NCBI GenBank assembly: GCA_963833575.1
Contig: CAWHXY010000004.1
Coordinates: 640,001 to 704,000, forward strand
DNA: 64,000 bases
Direction: 5' to 3'
From: Candidatus Bathyarchaeota archaeon
GTDB lineage: Archaea; Thermoproteota; Bathyarchaeia; Bathyarchaeales; Bathycorpusculaceae
In this document: positions 30,203 to 40,487 of the stretch, one piece after another
How the letters are laid out: each line of letters starts with the position of its first letter
How positions within the stretch are numbered: the first letter of the stretch is position 1
The notes under the pieces: model-generated
Told to the model about the DNA's origin: nothing
The model's input: the letters and a program-made list of their open reading frames with translations, nothing else
Database searches by the model: none
Position numbers and translations under genes: made by a program

Positions 30203-31426
30203 ATGGTTGAAAACGTAAAAGAACTCCTTAAACTTCATGAAGGCATAACACATGAAGTTTACTTAGACAACGAAAACTCCAGCATAGTCCCCCAAGAAGT
30301 CATTGACGAAATGCTGCCATATTTTAATAAAAAAGCTTACGGCAATCCAACCCTCACGCACAAACCCGGCTGGGAAGCTTTCGAAGTAATAATAAACTGC
30401 TTCAAGAAAATCAGCCAAGACATAGGCGCAAAAATTCTCGAAGAAATCACGTTCACCCCAGGCGAAACAGAAGCAAATAACTTAGCTATTATGGGCACAT
30501 GCTTTGCACAAAAAAACAAAGGCAAAAAAATCATCATATCCGAAATTGAACCAATAAACGTCTTGCAAGTTGCTGAGATGATGCAGAAATTCGGTTTCAC
30601 AACCCAAAAAATCCCAGTAAACCAAGAAGGATTCATCAACCTTGAAAAACTGAAAGAAGCCGTCGACAACGAAACCATACTTGTCAGCATTTCAGCAGTC
30701 AACAATGAAATCGGCACAGTACAACCCATTAAAGAAGCGGTTGATATCGTAAAAGCCAAAAACCCACAAGCTCTCTTCCACACAGATGCCTCAGACGCCT
30801 ACGGAAGAATACCATTTAACGTTCAAAACCTAAACGTTGACTTAGCCACCATCAGCAGCTTCAAGATTCAGGGTCCACGCGGCATGGGTGCAATGTACTT
30901 ACGAGATGGATTAAACATGGAACGCATTTTAGAGGGGCAAATTGGAACTCAGAAGCTTTGGCCAGGAGTCGAAAATACACCATTAATTGTTGGTTTCACC
31001 AAGGCGTCGGAGCTTGCATTTCAAAACTTCGAAGCAAACACCACGAAAATGCGAATGTTACGTGATAAACTTGTTGATGGAATATTTGGCGAACTAGATG
31101 ATTTACGCTTTAATGGTCCAAAAGGAGAAAAACGATCCCCAGACAACGCAAATGTAAGTATTTTGCGTGCTGAAGGCGAAGCGTTAACCATCGAACTCAG
31201 CCTCACGGGAGTGTATGTTTCCAGCGGAAGCGCATGCAGCCGAAGACTGTTGCAGCCAAGCCACGTTTTAATTGCCATTGGACGTATATTCGAAGAAGCG
31301 CACGGCAGCATTCTCATGAAAGTCACGCGAAACCACACAGAAGAGGATATAGCTTACGTTTTGAAAGTCTTACCAACAGCTGTCAATCGTATTAGAGGGA
31401 TAGTTGGCTCGACAGGAGTGCATTAG
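30203..31426 (+). CDS. Divergent IscS/NifS-like protein
   Basis: YLDN, GNP, VNNEIG, HTDA and SSGSACS retained, but several PLP/substrate residues are substituted. Confidence 0.85.
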   Translation: MVENVKELLKLHEGITHEVYLDNENSSIVPQEVIDEMLPYFNKKAYGNPTLTHKPGWEAFEVIINCFKKISQDIGAKILEEITFTPGETEANNLAIMGTCFAQKNKGKKIIISEIEPINVLQVAEMMQKFGFTTQKIPVNQEGFINLEKLKEAVDNETILVSISAVNNEIGTVQPIKEAVDIVKAKNPQALFHTDASDAYGRIPFNVQNLNVDLATISSFKIQGPRGMGAMYLRDGLNMERILEGQIGTQKLWPGVENTPLIVGFTKASELAFQNFEANTTKMRMLRDKLVDGIFGELDDLRFNGPKGEKRSPDNANVSILRAEGEALTIELSLTGVYVSSGSACSRRLLQPSHVLIAIGRIFEEAHGSILMKVTRNHTEEDIAYVLKVLPTAVNRIRGIVGSTGVH

Positions 31427-31427
31427 T

Positions 31428-31946
31428 ATGTCACGTATACCTTTACCTTACAACCCAAAAGTTATGGATTTATTTAGAAACCCGAAAAACCTAGGAAAAA
31501 TGGACGACGCTACAGTTGTAGCCGTAGCAGGAAACCCAGCTTGCGGAGACATGATAACCTTCTACCTAAAAATAACCAAAGAAGACATCATTGAAAAAGC
31601 AAGCTTTGAGAGCTATGGTTGCGCTGCAAACATTGCAACTTCAAGCATAGTTACAGAAATGATTAAGGGCTTAAGTCTTGAAGCTGCATGGAAAGATATA
31701 ACTTGGAAGAGAGTCACCGAGGAAATAGGTGGATTACCAAGCGTCAAATTCCACTGTGGAGTACTTGCAGTAGGCGCATTGAAGCGTGCCATTAGGCAGT
31801 ATTTCAAAGAAAAAGGTGCAACAGCCCCAAGTTGGATGCCGGCGGAACATACGTTTGAGGAAAAACAAGCACTGGAAGAAGAAGAGTTGGCAAAGACACT
31901 ATCTAAGAGATTAAAGCCAGAGGAAGAGAAAAAGGCAGAGAACTAA
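31428..31946 (+). CDS. iscU: IscU/NifU Fe-S scaffold
   Basis: GNPACGD, YGCAA, LPSVKFHC; charged C-terminal tail. Confidence 0.93.
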   Translation: MSRIPLPYNPKVMDLFRNPKNLGKMDDATVVAVAGNPACGDMITFYLKITKEDIIEKASFESYGCAANIATSSIVTEMIKGLSLEAAWKDITWKRVTEEIGGLPSVKFHCGVLAVGALKRAIRQYFKEKGATAPSWMPAEHTFEEKQALEEEELAKTLSKRLKPEEEKKAEN

Positions 31947-31948
31947 TC

Positions 31949-33181
31949 GTGGACGCACAAGCGCTTCGCAAAGACTTTCCAATACTAAAACGTCAAGTAA
32001 ACAACAATCCCCTAATCTATTTTGACAATGCAGCAACTACCCAGAAACCCCGCCAAGTAATCAACGCCATAAGCAACTTTTACGAAAACTCCAACGCCAA
32101 CGTACACAGAGCAGTACACACGCTATCCCTAGAAGCAACAGATCTTTATGAAAATTCTAGACAAAAAATAGCAGAATTCATCAAAGCAAAAGACTGGTCA
32201 GAAGTAGTATTCGTCAGAGGCACAACAGAAGCCATCAACCTCGTTGCATACTCTTGGGGACTAAACAACATGAGCAAAGGCGACGAAGTACTAGTTTCAT
32301 TAATGGAGCACCACAGCAACATTGTCCCTTGGGAAATTACAGCTAAACAAAAAGGCTTCACAATCAAATACGCCAAAGTAAACACGGACGGCACATTAGA
32401 CTATGACGATTTCGAAAACCAATTTTCCAGCAAAACAAAAATCGCGTGCCTAAGCCAAGTTTCAAACGTAACAGGCATAACAAACGACGTAAAACGAATA
32501 ACAAAAGCTGCACATGATAATGGTAGTTTAATGCTTGTTGATGGAGCACAATCGGTACCTCATATGGCAGTTGATGTCCAAGATTTGGACATGGATTTCT
32601 TGGCTTTTTCAGGCCATAAAATGCTTGGACCCACAGGCATCGGAGTGCTCTACGGCAAAAAAGAAGTTCTCCAAAAGATGAAACCCTTCCAGGGCGGAGG
32701 CGAAATGATAAGAGAAGTAGAATATAACCAAGGCAAAGGCTGCACTTTATCATGGAATGAGCTGCCGTGGAAGTTTGAAGCAGGTACACCTAACATTTCT
32801 GGCGCCATCGGCTTAGCTGAAGCCGTTAAATATCTTCAAGCAATTGGCATGGATAATGTGCTGAATCATGAGAAGGAACTGACAAAATACGCAGTTGAAA
32901 AGATGCAACAATGCGACAAGATAATAATTCATGGTTCAAAGGATCTTTCAAGCAATTGCGGAATCATATCCTTCAGCGTCAAAGACATGTCATCACATGA
33001 TGTTGCACTTATTTGTGATAATTATGGGATTATGATAAGAAGTGGATATCATTGTGCTCAGCCTCTTCATCAAGAGGTTCTTAAACTTCAATCCTCGGAT
33101 CGCGCAAGCTTTTACGTTTACAATACTAAAGAAGAAATTGACCGATTTGTTGAAGTTCTAAAGGAGATTGCGCAACTCTAA
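31949..33181 (+). CDS. sufS: SufS-type (class II) cysteine desulfurase
   Basis: DNAATTQKP, EHHSN, SGHKMLGP, EAGTP, RSGYHCAQP, RASFY. Confidence 0.94.
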   Translation: MDAQALRKDFPILKRQVNNNPLIYFDNAATTQKPRQVINAISNFYENSNANVHRAVHTLSLEATDLYENSRQKIAEFIKAKDWSEVVFVRGTTEAINLVAYSWGLNNMSKGDEVLVSLMEHHSNIVPWEITAKQKGFTIKYAKVNTDGTLDYDDFENQFSSKTKIACLSQVSNVTGITNDVKRITKAAHDNGSLMLVDGAQSVPHMAVDVQDLDMDFLAFSGHKMLGPTGIGVLYGKKEVLQKMKPFQGGGEMIREVEYNQGKGCTLSWNELPWKFEAGTPNISGAIGLAEAVKYLQAIGMDNVLNHEKELTKYAVEKMQQCDKIIIHGSKDLSSNCGIISFSVKDMSSHDVALICDNYGIMIRSGYHCAQPLHQEVLKLQSSDRASFYVYNTKEEIDRFVEVLKEIAQL

Positions 33182-33450
33182 TGACAACTATTGACGATTA
33201 TGTGTCGAGAATTGAAGGAACATGTGGGGCAGAAAAAGACGTTATTGTTGTCTTCAAATATGAAAAGAAAGACGAAGCCATCGCTAACATTTTGAAAAAA
33301 GCCCAAGTTAAAAACAAAATAGCTGGAATAATTTTTGAATTAACTTTTCAAGACACATCTTTCCGGCTCTATACTAGTGGAAAAGCTATTTTTAGAAGTA
33401 TCAAGAATAGGCAAGATCTGAATAGTCTCCTTGCCAGCCTGCTACTTTAG
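33181..33450 (+). CDS. Small hypothetical protein translationally coupled to sufS
   Basis: TAATG overlap; single Cys (GTCG); FRLYTSGKAIF segment. Confidence 0.7.
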   Translation: MTTIDDYVSRIEGTCGAEKDVIVVFKYEKKDEAIANILKKAQVKNKIAGIIFELTFQDTSFRLYTSGKAIFRSIKNRQDLNSLLASLLL

Positions 33451-33470
33451 GTAGCTATATATCAAAAACA

Positions 33471-34631
33471 TTACATGTATTTTTTGTAAATCGCTGCAAG
33501 TTTTTCTGCGATCATATTGGCCTCAAATGACTTTAAAACCCATTTTCGCCCATTATCGCCTAATATTTTCCTTTCATGTTCGTTAAGGATTAGCTCTTCC
33601 AAGGCAGTCTCAAGCTCACGGGGGTTGTTAGGTTTGACCAAAATTCCAGTAACTCGATCTTTAACAATTTCAGGTATTGAACCTGAAGAAGTGGAAATAA
33701 CAGGTTTTCCGCATGCCATAGCTTCAACCATTGAATAACCGAACTGCTCAGCCCAAATCTTGGTTGGAATGCTCGGTAAACAGAAAACATCTGCCAGATT
33801 ATGTATTTGAGACATACAAGAGTATTCGATACTTCCTAAAAACTTGACTTTGCCTGTAATTTTGAGGTTAGCTACAAGGTGTCTGATTTGAAATAAATTG
33901 GAAGGAGAACCTGAACCTACAATCAAAAGCTCGACATTTTCGACTTTTTTAAGCAGTGCAGAAAAGGCAGTTAACAGGTCAAATATGCCCTTTTCAGGAA
34001 CTAGCCGTCCAACAAACAGAATTTTGGTTGAAAACTCATTAATTTCCAGTTTTTTGGCAAGTTGCACATTCTTTTCGTCTGGTCTAAATTTTTCGCAGTC
34101 TAATCCAGCAGGAACAACGGAAATCCGATCAGCTCTTAAACCCTCCATAATAAGGGCTTCTTTTGCTTTCTGTGTTATAGCAACGAAATGAGTTGCGTGC
34201 TCACGATTGAATTTTTTGATTTTTAAATAAGGGATGCCTTCGGGGTAGAATGGTATGTTTTCCCATTCCATTACTATCGTTGGAACGCCTGTTTTTATTG
34301 CTTGGTAAGTGTAAGGATACCATTCATCAGCAGAATAAATTAGGTCTAAGTCTTTGGTTAATTTTTTCAGATCAAATATTTGAAAATTCAAAGAGTTAAA
34401 ATCATACGTTGTAATTTTTCTTGCCAGGCTTATTAATCGTCTAAACTTCCCTTTAGTGACGGTGTTTAAGTTATGCCCTACTCTTGCGGGATAGTGAATT
34501 TCTGAGAGATCAAATGCGTTGTTGTAGGTAGTTATGCCTACTGGCTGAAAGCCATACTTGGGTAGTTTCTCAAAGTACTGCCCTTCATAAGGGTTTAATC
34601 CGGGACCTCTCAAGATGCCCACTTTGTTCAA
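33471..34631 (-). CDS. GT4 family glycosyltransferase
   Basis: FVGRLVPEKG, EQFGYSMVEAMACG. Confidence 0.92.
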   Translation of the reverse strand: MNKVGILRGPGLNPYEGQYFEKLPKYGFQPVGITTYNNAFDLSEIHYPARVGHNLNTVTKGKFRRLISLARKITTYDFNSLNFQIFDLKKLTKDLDLIYSADEWYPYTYQAIKTGVPTIVMEWENIPFYPEGIPYLKIKKFNREHATHFVAITQKAKEALIMEGLRADRISVVPAGLDCEKFRPDEKNVQLAKKLEINEFSTKILFVGRLVPEKGIFDLLTAFSALLKKVENVELLIVGSGSPSNLFQIRHLVANLKITGKVKFLGSIEYSCMSQIHNLADVFCLPSIPTKIWAEQFGYSMVEAMACGKPVISTSSGSIPEIVKDRVTGILVKPNNPRELETALEELILNEHERKILGDNGRKWVLKSFEANMIAEKLAAIYKKYM

Positions 34632-34846
34632 AGCTGTTCACCCTATCATATTCATTCTCTTTCCAACAATATGCCGATCCAACATAATAGTTTATCAAAA
34701 AGAAAAGCTCCTTCTCTAAATATTTTCTTTCGTTTCAACATCTTGACAATTAACGAATGATTAAGATCTCTTTGCGCCAAAGTTTAAATTAGAAATGAAT
34801 AGCTTTTGATCATAAACAATCAAAAAGGACAACAAGGAAAAATATC

Positions 34847-35782
34847 ATGACAAAGCTAAGCGTAATATGGAAAACGCTGACTTTAACAAAGAACCCTTTT
34901 ATCGTTTTATCTATGAAACGTGACAAAAGCAGAAAAGCAATAACATTTAGAAATGGTCTAACTTACAATCTTAATTGGCCACAGTTCAGAACGTTTCGAG
35001 ATACTTACTCACTTTTTGCTAATTGTGGCGTCACTCAAATTGATGAGGACATTTTCAAGATCAAAGATCAAAGAAGCGAAGTAGTCTGCAATTCTCAACT
35101 GATGCCAGTAATCTGCAATCTTATGGAAGACTTTACTATTAATCAAATGGATGAAGACACATTTCACATTAAAAAAGAGAACTTTCAAGTCGTCGGATCG
35201 AAAGAAATGCTAATTTGTGTTCAGGAACTGAAAACAGGAGAATACGAATGTGACTACCAAAATAAAGTAGTACTAGACATTGGTGGTTTTGAAGGTGAAT
35301 CCGCTGTCTATTTCTGGAGTAAGAAAGCCAAAAAAATAATCATTTATGAGCCAGTTGCTGAGCATGTTCGATTCATTGAAAAGAACATAGAATTAAACAA
35401 AATCAACGCAGAACTTCACCCAATAGGCATTGGAAACCAAAATGGCACACATTTGATTCAGTACAATGTGACTGACCCGGGATTTGGATTTCATAGCAAA
35501 GGAACAAAAAATATGGAGATTAAAATTCGAAATGTCTCAGAAGTTATCCAAGAAAGCGGAGCAGAGATAGCGAAATTTGATTGCGAAGGGGCAGAAGAAA
35601 GCCTCGTTGATGTTCCAGAAGATATTCTCAGAAAAATTGAATATTACATAATTGAAACACATTCTCTTAAAATTAAAGGTGCAATCCTTGAAAAGTTTCA
35701 GAAAGCAGGTTTCAAACTAAAAAAAGAAGCCGATAAGACTCAGAATTTCTCTGTATTAACGTTTAGAATTAACGAGAAATAA
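34847..35782 (+). CDS. FkbM family methyltransferase
   Basis: VLDIGG, YEP, KFDCEGAE, IIETH. Confidence 0.85.
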   Translation: MTKLSVIWKTLTLTKNPFIVLSMKRDKSRKAITFRNGLTYNLNWPQFRTFRDTYSLFANCGVTQIDEDIFKIKDQRSEVVCNSQLMPVICNLMEDFTINQMDEDTFHIKKENFQVVGSKEMLICVQELKTGEYECDYQNKVVLDIGGFEGESAVYFWSKKAKKIIIYEPVAEHVRFIEKNIELNKINAELHPIGIGNQNGTHLIQYNVTDPGFGFHSKGTKNMEIKIRNVSEVIQESGAEIAKFDCEGAEESLVDVPEDILRKIEYYIIETHSLKIKGAILEKFQKAGFKLKKEADKTQNFSVLTFRINEK

Positions 35783-35908
35783 TGAAATTTTCCTCTCTTT
35801 AAAAACCTGGACTCATTCTTCTAAAAAGTAATTTCTGAAAAATTCTTTTTGGATTTTTTCTAAATCCAGCATTCAAAGGCTTACGTGTTATTGAAAGGCA
35901 ATAACAAG

Positions 35909-37435
35909 TTATAAGTTTTGAGGACTATCATAGATGGCGTATAAAGCGGCGTCTAAAATCAAGCCGTTTGTATTCAGACCGACACCTGGAAAAAGAGTTC
36001 CCGCTTCATCGAGACCTTCGCAATATCCGTCTATTGGATTGGGGATTGCATCCTCAACGTAAACGCTAAGGTTTTTTGCAAAACTTGAATTATAAATTGC
36101 AAGAAAACTGAACGCTACTTTTGTATAAATCATTGGACTTATGTTAACTTGCGAATCATCCATCATAACAACCCAAGTACCTTTGCCTGGATAAACCACC
36201 CATTCATATTGCCAATCACCTGAAAGTGACGGACCTTCACTGAAAGCTCGATACAGACCTGTAGCATTATAATATGCCTGGTGAGCAAGATAAAACTGGT
36301 TTGCTAAAGCCATCAATTTAGAATCGTTATTGTTAAGCTCAAAAACTGAACAAAGCAATGGGTCACCCGTTAATTCAGCATCAGGCAACGAAACACCGTT
36401 CAAAGTAACATTCCCAGCTGAAAAAATATTGTTCATAATTGTAATAGGAACATCACCAAGACTATCAGGCCAAAAACTTGCAAACCCGCTTTCAATGTAG
36501 TAAGCATAAATGCTGGTTGAAGTAAGGCTATCCGTCTTGATACTAGGCACTAAAGCGGCATAATTGGATCTGTTAAAATATTGCCCGTACATAACTATGT
36601 TGTTTATACGCGAAACTAAACTACTATTAAAATCTCGGAGATTGTTAAGAGCAACAAATAATCGCCCAGTATCAACCACATCTACTGGTGATGTAGCTAA
36701 ATCTGAAGTTTGTTGCCAATCTTGTCCATCTGCCGTTTGATAGAACCAAAATGGATAATGCGTTGTATTGTTAAGCGGTCGAGTTTCTAGGAATGTTAAA
36801 ACCTTTTCTATTCTTGCGCTAGAGCCCCAATCACCGTCAGTTGTAGTCAGATTTAAGTTTTGGGCATCAATTATAGCCTGAATATAAACACCTAGATCCC
36901 AATCAGTAAAGGCGGGGGCAGCATAACCAGAATAGGGAAGCCCGGTTGTAGAATTTACACCTACATCAGGCTGGAAATATGCCCAAGCATTTTTTGCTAC
37001 CGCCAACCACATTGTACTGTTAACTGTTTGGGCCGATTTTATCACGCCAGGAGATTTAGTAAAAGTGTTGGAAGTAGAACTAGGCATTTTTGGGTCTTGC
37101 CAAATCACTGCAATAGGCTTGGGTGTAGGTGCACTAGTAGGTTGGGGAGTGCTAGTGGGTTTTACAGTGCTTGACGGAGAATCTGTTGGTGTAGCAGTAT
37201 TTTGAGGAAGGGGTTTGGATTCGCTTTGTTTTGGCAAAAACGCTAAAGCAGAAATTAACATTACAAGTATAATTGCAAAAACAATCAAACTCTTTGCTTT
37301 CCTGCTAAATCGCCAACGATTGTGTCCAGAAAAGATCTTTTTATTTTCAACTGCAAGAAAAGCATTTAAGAAAACAAATTTGAAACAGAGAAGAATGTGA
37401 ATTTTTTTGAAACTGACTAACTTTTGCACCGCCAT
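35909..37435 (-). CDS. Membrane-anchored DUF3131-like (glucoamylase/GH144-related) protein; start uncertain
   Basis: TM helix, Thr/Pro linker, AWAYF...TGLP, TDWDLG, DTGRLFVAL, NTNGLIL. Confidence 0.65.
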   Translation of the reverse strand: MAVQKLVSFKKIHILLCFKFVFLNAFLAVENKKIFSGHNRWRFSRKAKSLIVFAIILVMLISALAFLPKQSESKPLPQNTATPTDSPSSTVKPTSTPQPTSAPTPKPIAVIWQDPKMPSSTSNTFTKSPGVIKSAQTVNSTMWLAVAKNAWAYFQPDVGVNSTTGLPYSGYAAPAFTDWDLGVYIQAIIDAQNLNLTTTDGDWGSSARIEKVLTFLETRPLNNTTHYPFWFYQTADGQDWQQTSDLATSPVDVVDTGRLFVALNNLRDFNSSLVSRINNIVMYGQYFNRSNYAALVPSIKTDSLTSTSIYAYYIESGFASFWPDSLGDVPITIMNNIFSAGNVTLNGVSLPDAELTGDPLLCSVFELNNNDSKLMALANQFYLAHQAYYNATGLYRAFSEGPSLSGDWQYEWVVYPGKGTWVVMMDDSQVNISPMIYTKVAFSFLAIYNSSFAKNLSVYVEDAIPNPIDGYCEGLDEAGTLFPGVGLNTNGLILDAALYAIYDSPQNL

Positions 37436-37865
37436 AACACACGGTTGTTTTCCATAAGCGGTAATTCTATTTTCATTAAAGATAAACTTCTCCCTTTGGA
37501 ACTAATTATTAACTCTTATTTAGCTGTAGCTGATTTAAGACTATAGCAAAAAACATTCAGCGAAAATAATGAATCCCTTTAGAAGCATGATAGGTTTAAA
37601 CTGTAATCCGCGTTCTCTGAAAGCAATAATGTTTGATAAGAAATTTTCACCCTAAAACTTCTATTTTAGTTTCAGATTCAAGAATACCGATTAAGATCTC
37701 AAACCATTCTCCCTAAGCAATTTCGACATTAATTGTTAATAACAAACATTTTTTCGTCACTTGTAAGTGCATCTCGAATTCCGTGATTATTTGCGAATTC
37801 TTTTAGTATTTCTAATTGACAACTTTGAGCTATATGAACAAGCCAAAAAAGCTTGAAAAAAGTGT

Positions 37866-39353
37866 TTACCGTTTTGCTAATCCAAGTTTTATTCGCACCT
37901 TGTTTCTACTTACCCAATTATTAACTGGAACAAGAATACTCTTAACCGGCTGAGGCAACGAATCTTTAAAATCCCTGTGAAAACCCAAACGTACTAAAAT
38001 CCTCCCTCTTCCAGTTATGGGAATATAATAACGTGCAATCGGAAACTTCACAAACCCATTACTTTGCTTGAATCGGTCAAGTGAAGGGTGGTTTCCTATT
38101 CTTCCATACATAAGCCATTGCTCACCTTTCGATGCGCAGACTTCAACCGCTTTGGCAATGAGCACATTATTTACCGCTTTATCCCAATGCTTCTGCATGG
38201 AAAGAATCTGTGAGATAATAGCTATGTTGTCGCCATGGATTATTTGGATGAATCCAACGAGCTCTTCCTTCAGGTAGGCGCCAACAAAGGTGGAGTTTGG
38301 TTCGGCATGAATGTTCCAATCGACTGATTGAAGAGACTGCCCAAAATGCGAAAATGCCCTCTCTTGCCGAATCGGAGTTTCGTTATAAATTTTCCAGACC
38401 CCCTCAACAAACTTTTCATCTGGTTCACCGATTCTTACCTCTACATTGTTTTTCTCAGCCCGCCTGACCATGTTGCGCGTTTTTTTTCCAACACTGCTCC
38501 ACCAAACAGCATATTCTTTTATCTCGAGCAACCCAACGTTGTCTTCCGTTTTTATCCAAGTGCTCGGAGGATCAAGAATTGGACAACACCATTTTCTCTC
38601 AAGAAAGGTAAAAACATCTACGCCTCTTTCACCTAATTTACTGAGATATTGATTCGTTACAGCAATGTTTTTTTCATATTCCTTGCTATCATGGGCTACT
38701 TTGACCGAAAGTCTCTTAGTAATCCTTAAAGTTTCAAGTTCACTATCCACTTCTAAAATACTTTTTAAAACATCATAGTAGGCTCCCCTTCGGTTTCTCT
38801 TGCCTGTTCGAAATAGCCAATCAGGATGAATAGAGAGCACATTATTCTGTTGAATCCATTCTTCAGCTTCTTTTTTGGCTTGCTCAAAGTTGTGGCAATA
38901 ACGAATAGTGTCTAGACTGGCAGTAGGATAATCATGAAAAGACTTTAGCGGAAAATCTTTCGGGATTTTCGCTTGTTTTTGTCCGATCTTCCTTCGCCAC
39001 AATAACTGGGCAATAAATCGTGAGGTTCCATGAATGCTGTAATAGTTTACTTTTCTTTGAGTTTCAGTCTCTAAGATTTTCAAGTTGCGGAAGGGATCAG
39101 TCGTAACATGCAGAGCTACCTCATGTTTATCAGTTTTCAGTAAGTCAAGCATTTTCTTGTCCGGTATCGTGTAGGGTGTAAAGAACCAGTAAGCCATAAC
39201 TTGTTTTGGCGACTCATTAATCATTCTAGCAATAACTTTAGCGTTTCTTAGGTAATCTACGCTTTTTCTTTTTTTGATTCCAAGAGCTATGTATAGAAAA
39301 CTCTTGTATCGGGATGGATAAGGGTAATCCACATCAATTCTTAGCTTTATCAT
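37866..39353 (-). CDS. Polysaccharide deacetylase-like + GNAT/FemAB-like fusion protein
   Basis: N-half RIDVD, HEVALH, IHG, IHP; C-half KKTRNMVRRAEK, SLDRFKQSNGF. Confidence 0.6.
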   Translation of the reverse strand: MIKLRIDVDYPYPSRYKSFLYIALGIKKRKSVDYLRNAKVIARMINESPKQVMAYWFFTPYTIPDKKMLDLLKTDKHEVALHVTTDPFRNLKILETETQRKVNYYSIHGTSRFIAQLLWRRKIGQKQAKIPKDFPLKSFHDYPTASLDTIRYCHNFEQAKKEAEEWIQQNNVLSIHPDWLFRTGKRNRRGAYYDVLKSILEVDSELETLRITKRLSVKVAHDSKEYEKNIAVTNQYLSKLGERGVDVFTFLERKWCCPILDPPSTWIKTEDNVGLLEIKEYAVWWSSVGKKTRNMVRRAEKNNVEVRIGEPDEKFVEGVWKIYNETPIRQERAFSHFGQSLQSVDWNIHAEPNSTFVGAYLKEELVGFIQIIHGDNIAIISQILSMQKHWDKAVNNVLIAKAVEVCASKGEQWLMYGRIGNHPSLDRFKQSNGFVKFPIARYYIPITGRGRILVRLGFHRDFKDSLPQPVKSILVPVNNWVSRNKVRIKLGLAKR

Positions 39354-39689
39354 TGCTCGTTCAATTGCCAGTTAGGGAATATTATTTTGTTTATAAACCC
39401 TCTGTCATAGAGCAGTTATAGATTGCCGATGTCACCTTGTTTTTTCTCAATTTTGTATTAATATCTGCACACTTTTTGTATAGTTGTGACTTTCAACACT
39501 TCAGTTTGAATACTTTCAACTTCATTGTTAGCGTTGGAAAATAAAAATTGATTAAACCGTTGAAGGATTTCTCGAAATTGTCAAGCTAACTGAATAAATT
39601 GCCAATACTGAAAGTAGGCTAACTGGACTATTTTATATACGATTTAATCAAAAAGTTATGTGTAGAAGCAGGAATAATATTTTAAAGTC

Positions 39690-40487
39690 TTATTCTTTCG
39701 TTGCAATTATCGGAAAGCCAATTACAAATGGTTGGTGTTCACTTAAACGTATCAGCCGATGTCGTACAATCCATTTGTATCCAAAATCATCAAGAACGCT
39801 TTTGATTCTTTTTAGCTCTTCTTCATAGGTTTCCGCAGCTTTACCTGTCGCTTTATGAACTTCAATGATTATTCGAGGTTTATCTTTTTGAATCGTCTTT
39901 CTAGCCCCTTGCAATATCGGAATTTCATAACCTTCTGTGTCTATTTTAATTACACCAACTGTTGGCAATTGTAGAGTATCCAATTTATGCACCGGAACGT
40001 CTATTGTCCCTCCACCAGGAAGATCGTTGATTTCTAAATCCATTGTACCGCTTAAAGTGAAAGCCGATAAACCTAATCTTCCAACAACGTCTTTATCCCC
40101 CAACGCATACTTGTATGATTTGACGTTAGAATAATTCTGGGCTTTCTTCCTTAATATGCCATAAGCCTTAGGGCTAGGCTCAAATGCGTAAACTTCATTG
40201 CCTTCTTTGGCGACGAAAAACGTCCAGTCTCCGATGCTCGCTCCAACATCAACAAAGCACTTATCAGATTCGGGTATTATATATTCAGCAAGGAACTTTT
40301 CGTTCCCAAGATCCGCAGCGTCATCTTCACAAGGTTCAGTGAAAAATTGGTAGATTGCCGAAGGCAACGGTATTCTTCTACGATTAACCACACACAAAAC
40401 AATTTGCGCTCTTGCCCGCAAACTTTTTTGACTTACAACATCTTCGATTTGCACTCTTACTTTGTTAATGTATTTTTGGGTCATCAT
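39690..40487 (-). CDS. FkbM family methyltransferase
   Basis: VDVGASIG, AFEP, KIDTEGYE, IIEVH. Confidence 0.88.
   Translation of the reverse strand: MMTQKYINKVRVQIEDVVSQKSLRARAQIVLCVVNRRRIPLPSAIYQFFTEPCEDDAADLGNEKFLAEYIIPESDKCFVDVGASIGDWTFFVAKEGNEVYAFEPSPKAYGILRKKAQNYSNVKSYKYALGDKDVVGRLGLSAFTLSGTMDLEINDLPGGGTIDVPVHKLDTLQLPTVGVIKIDTEGYEIPILQGARKTIQKDKPRIIIEVHKATGKAAETYEEELKRIKSVLDDFGYKWIVRHRLIRLSEHQPFVIGFPIIATKE

Noticed and set aside
37090-37215. Low-complexity repeat-like DNA
   Set aside because: Explained by the Thr/Pro/Ser linker of the membrane-anchored protein.
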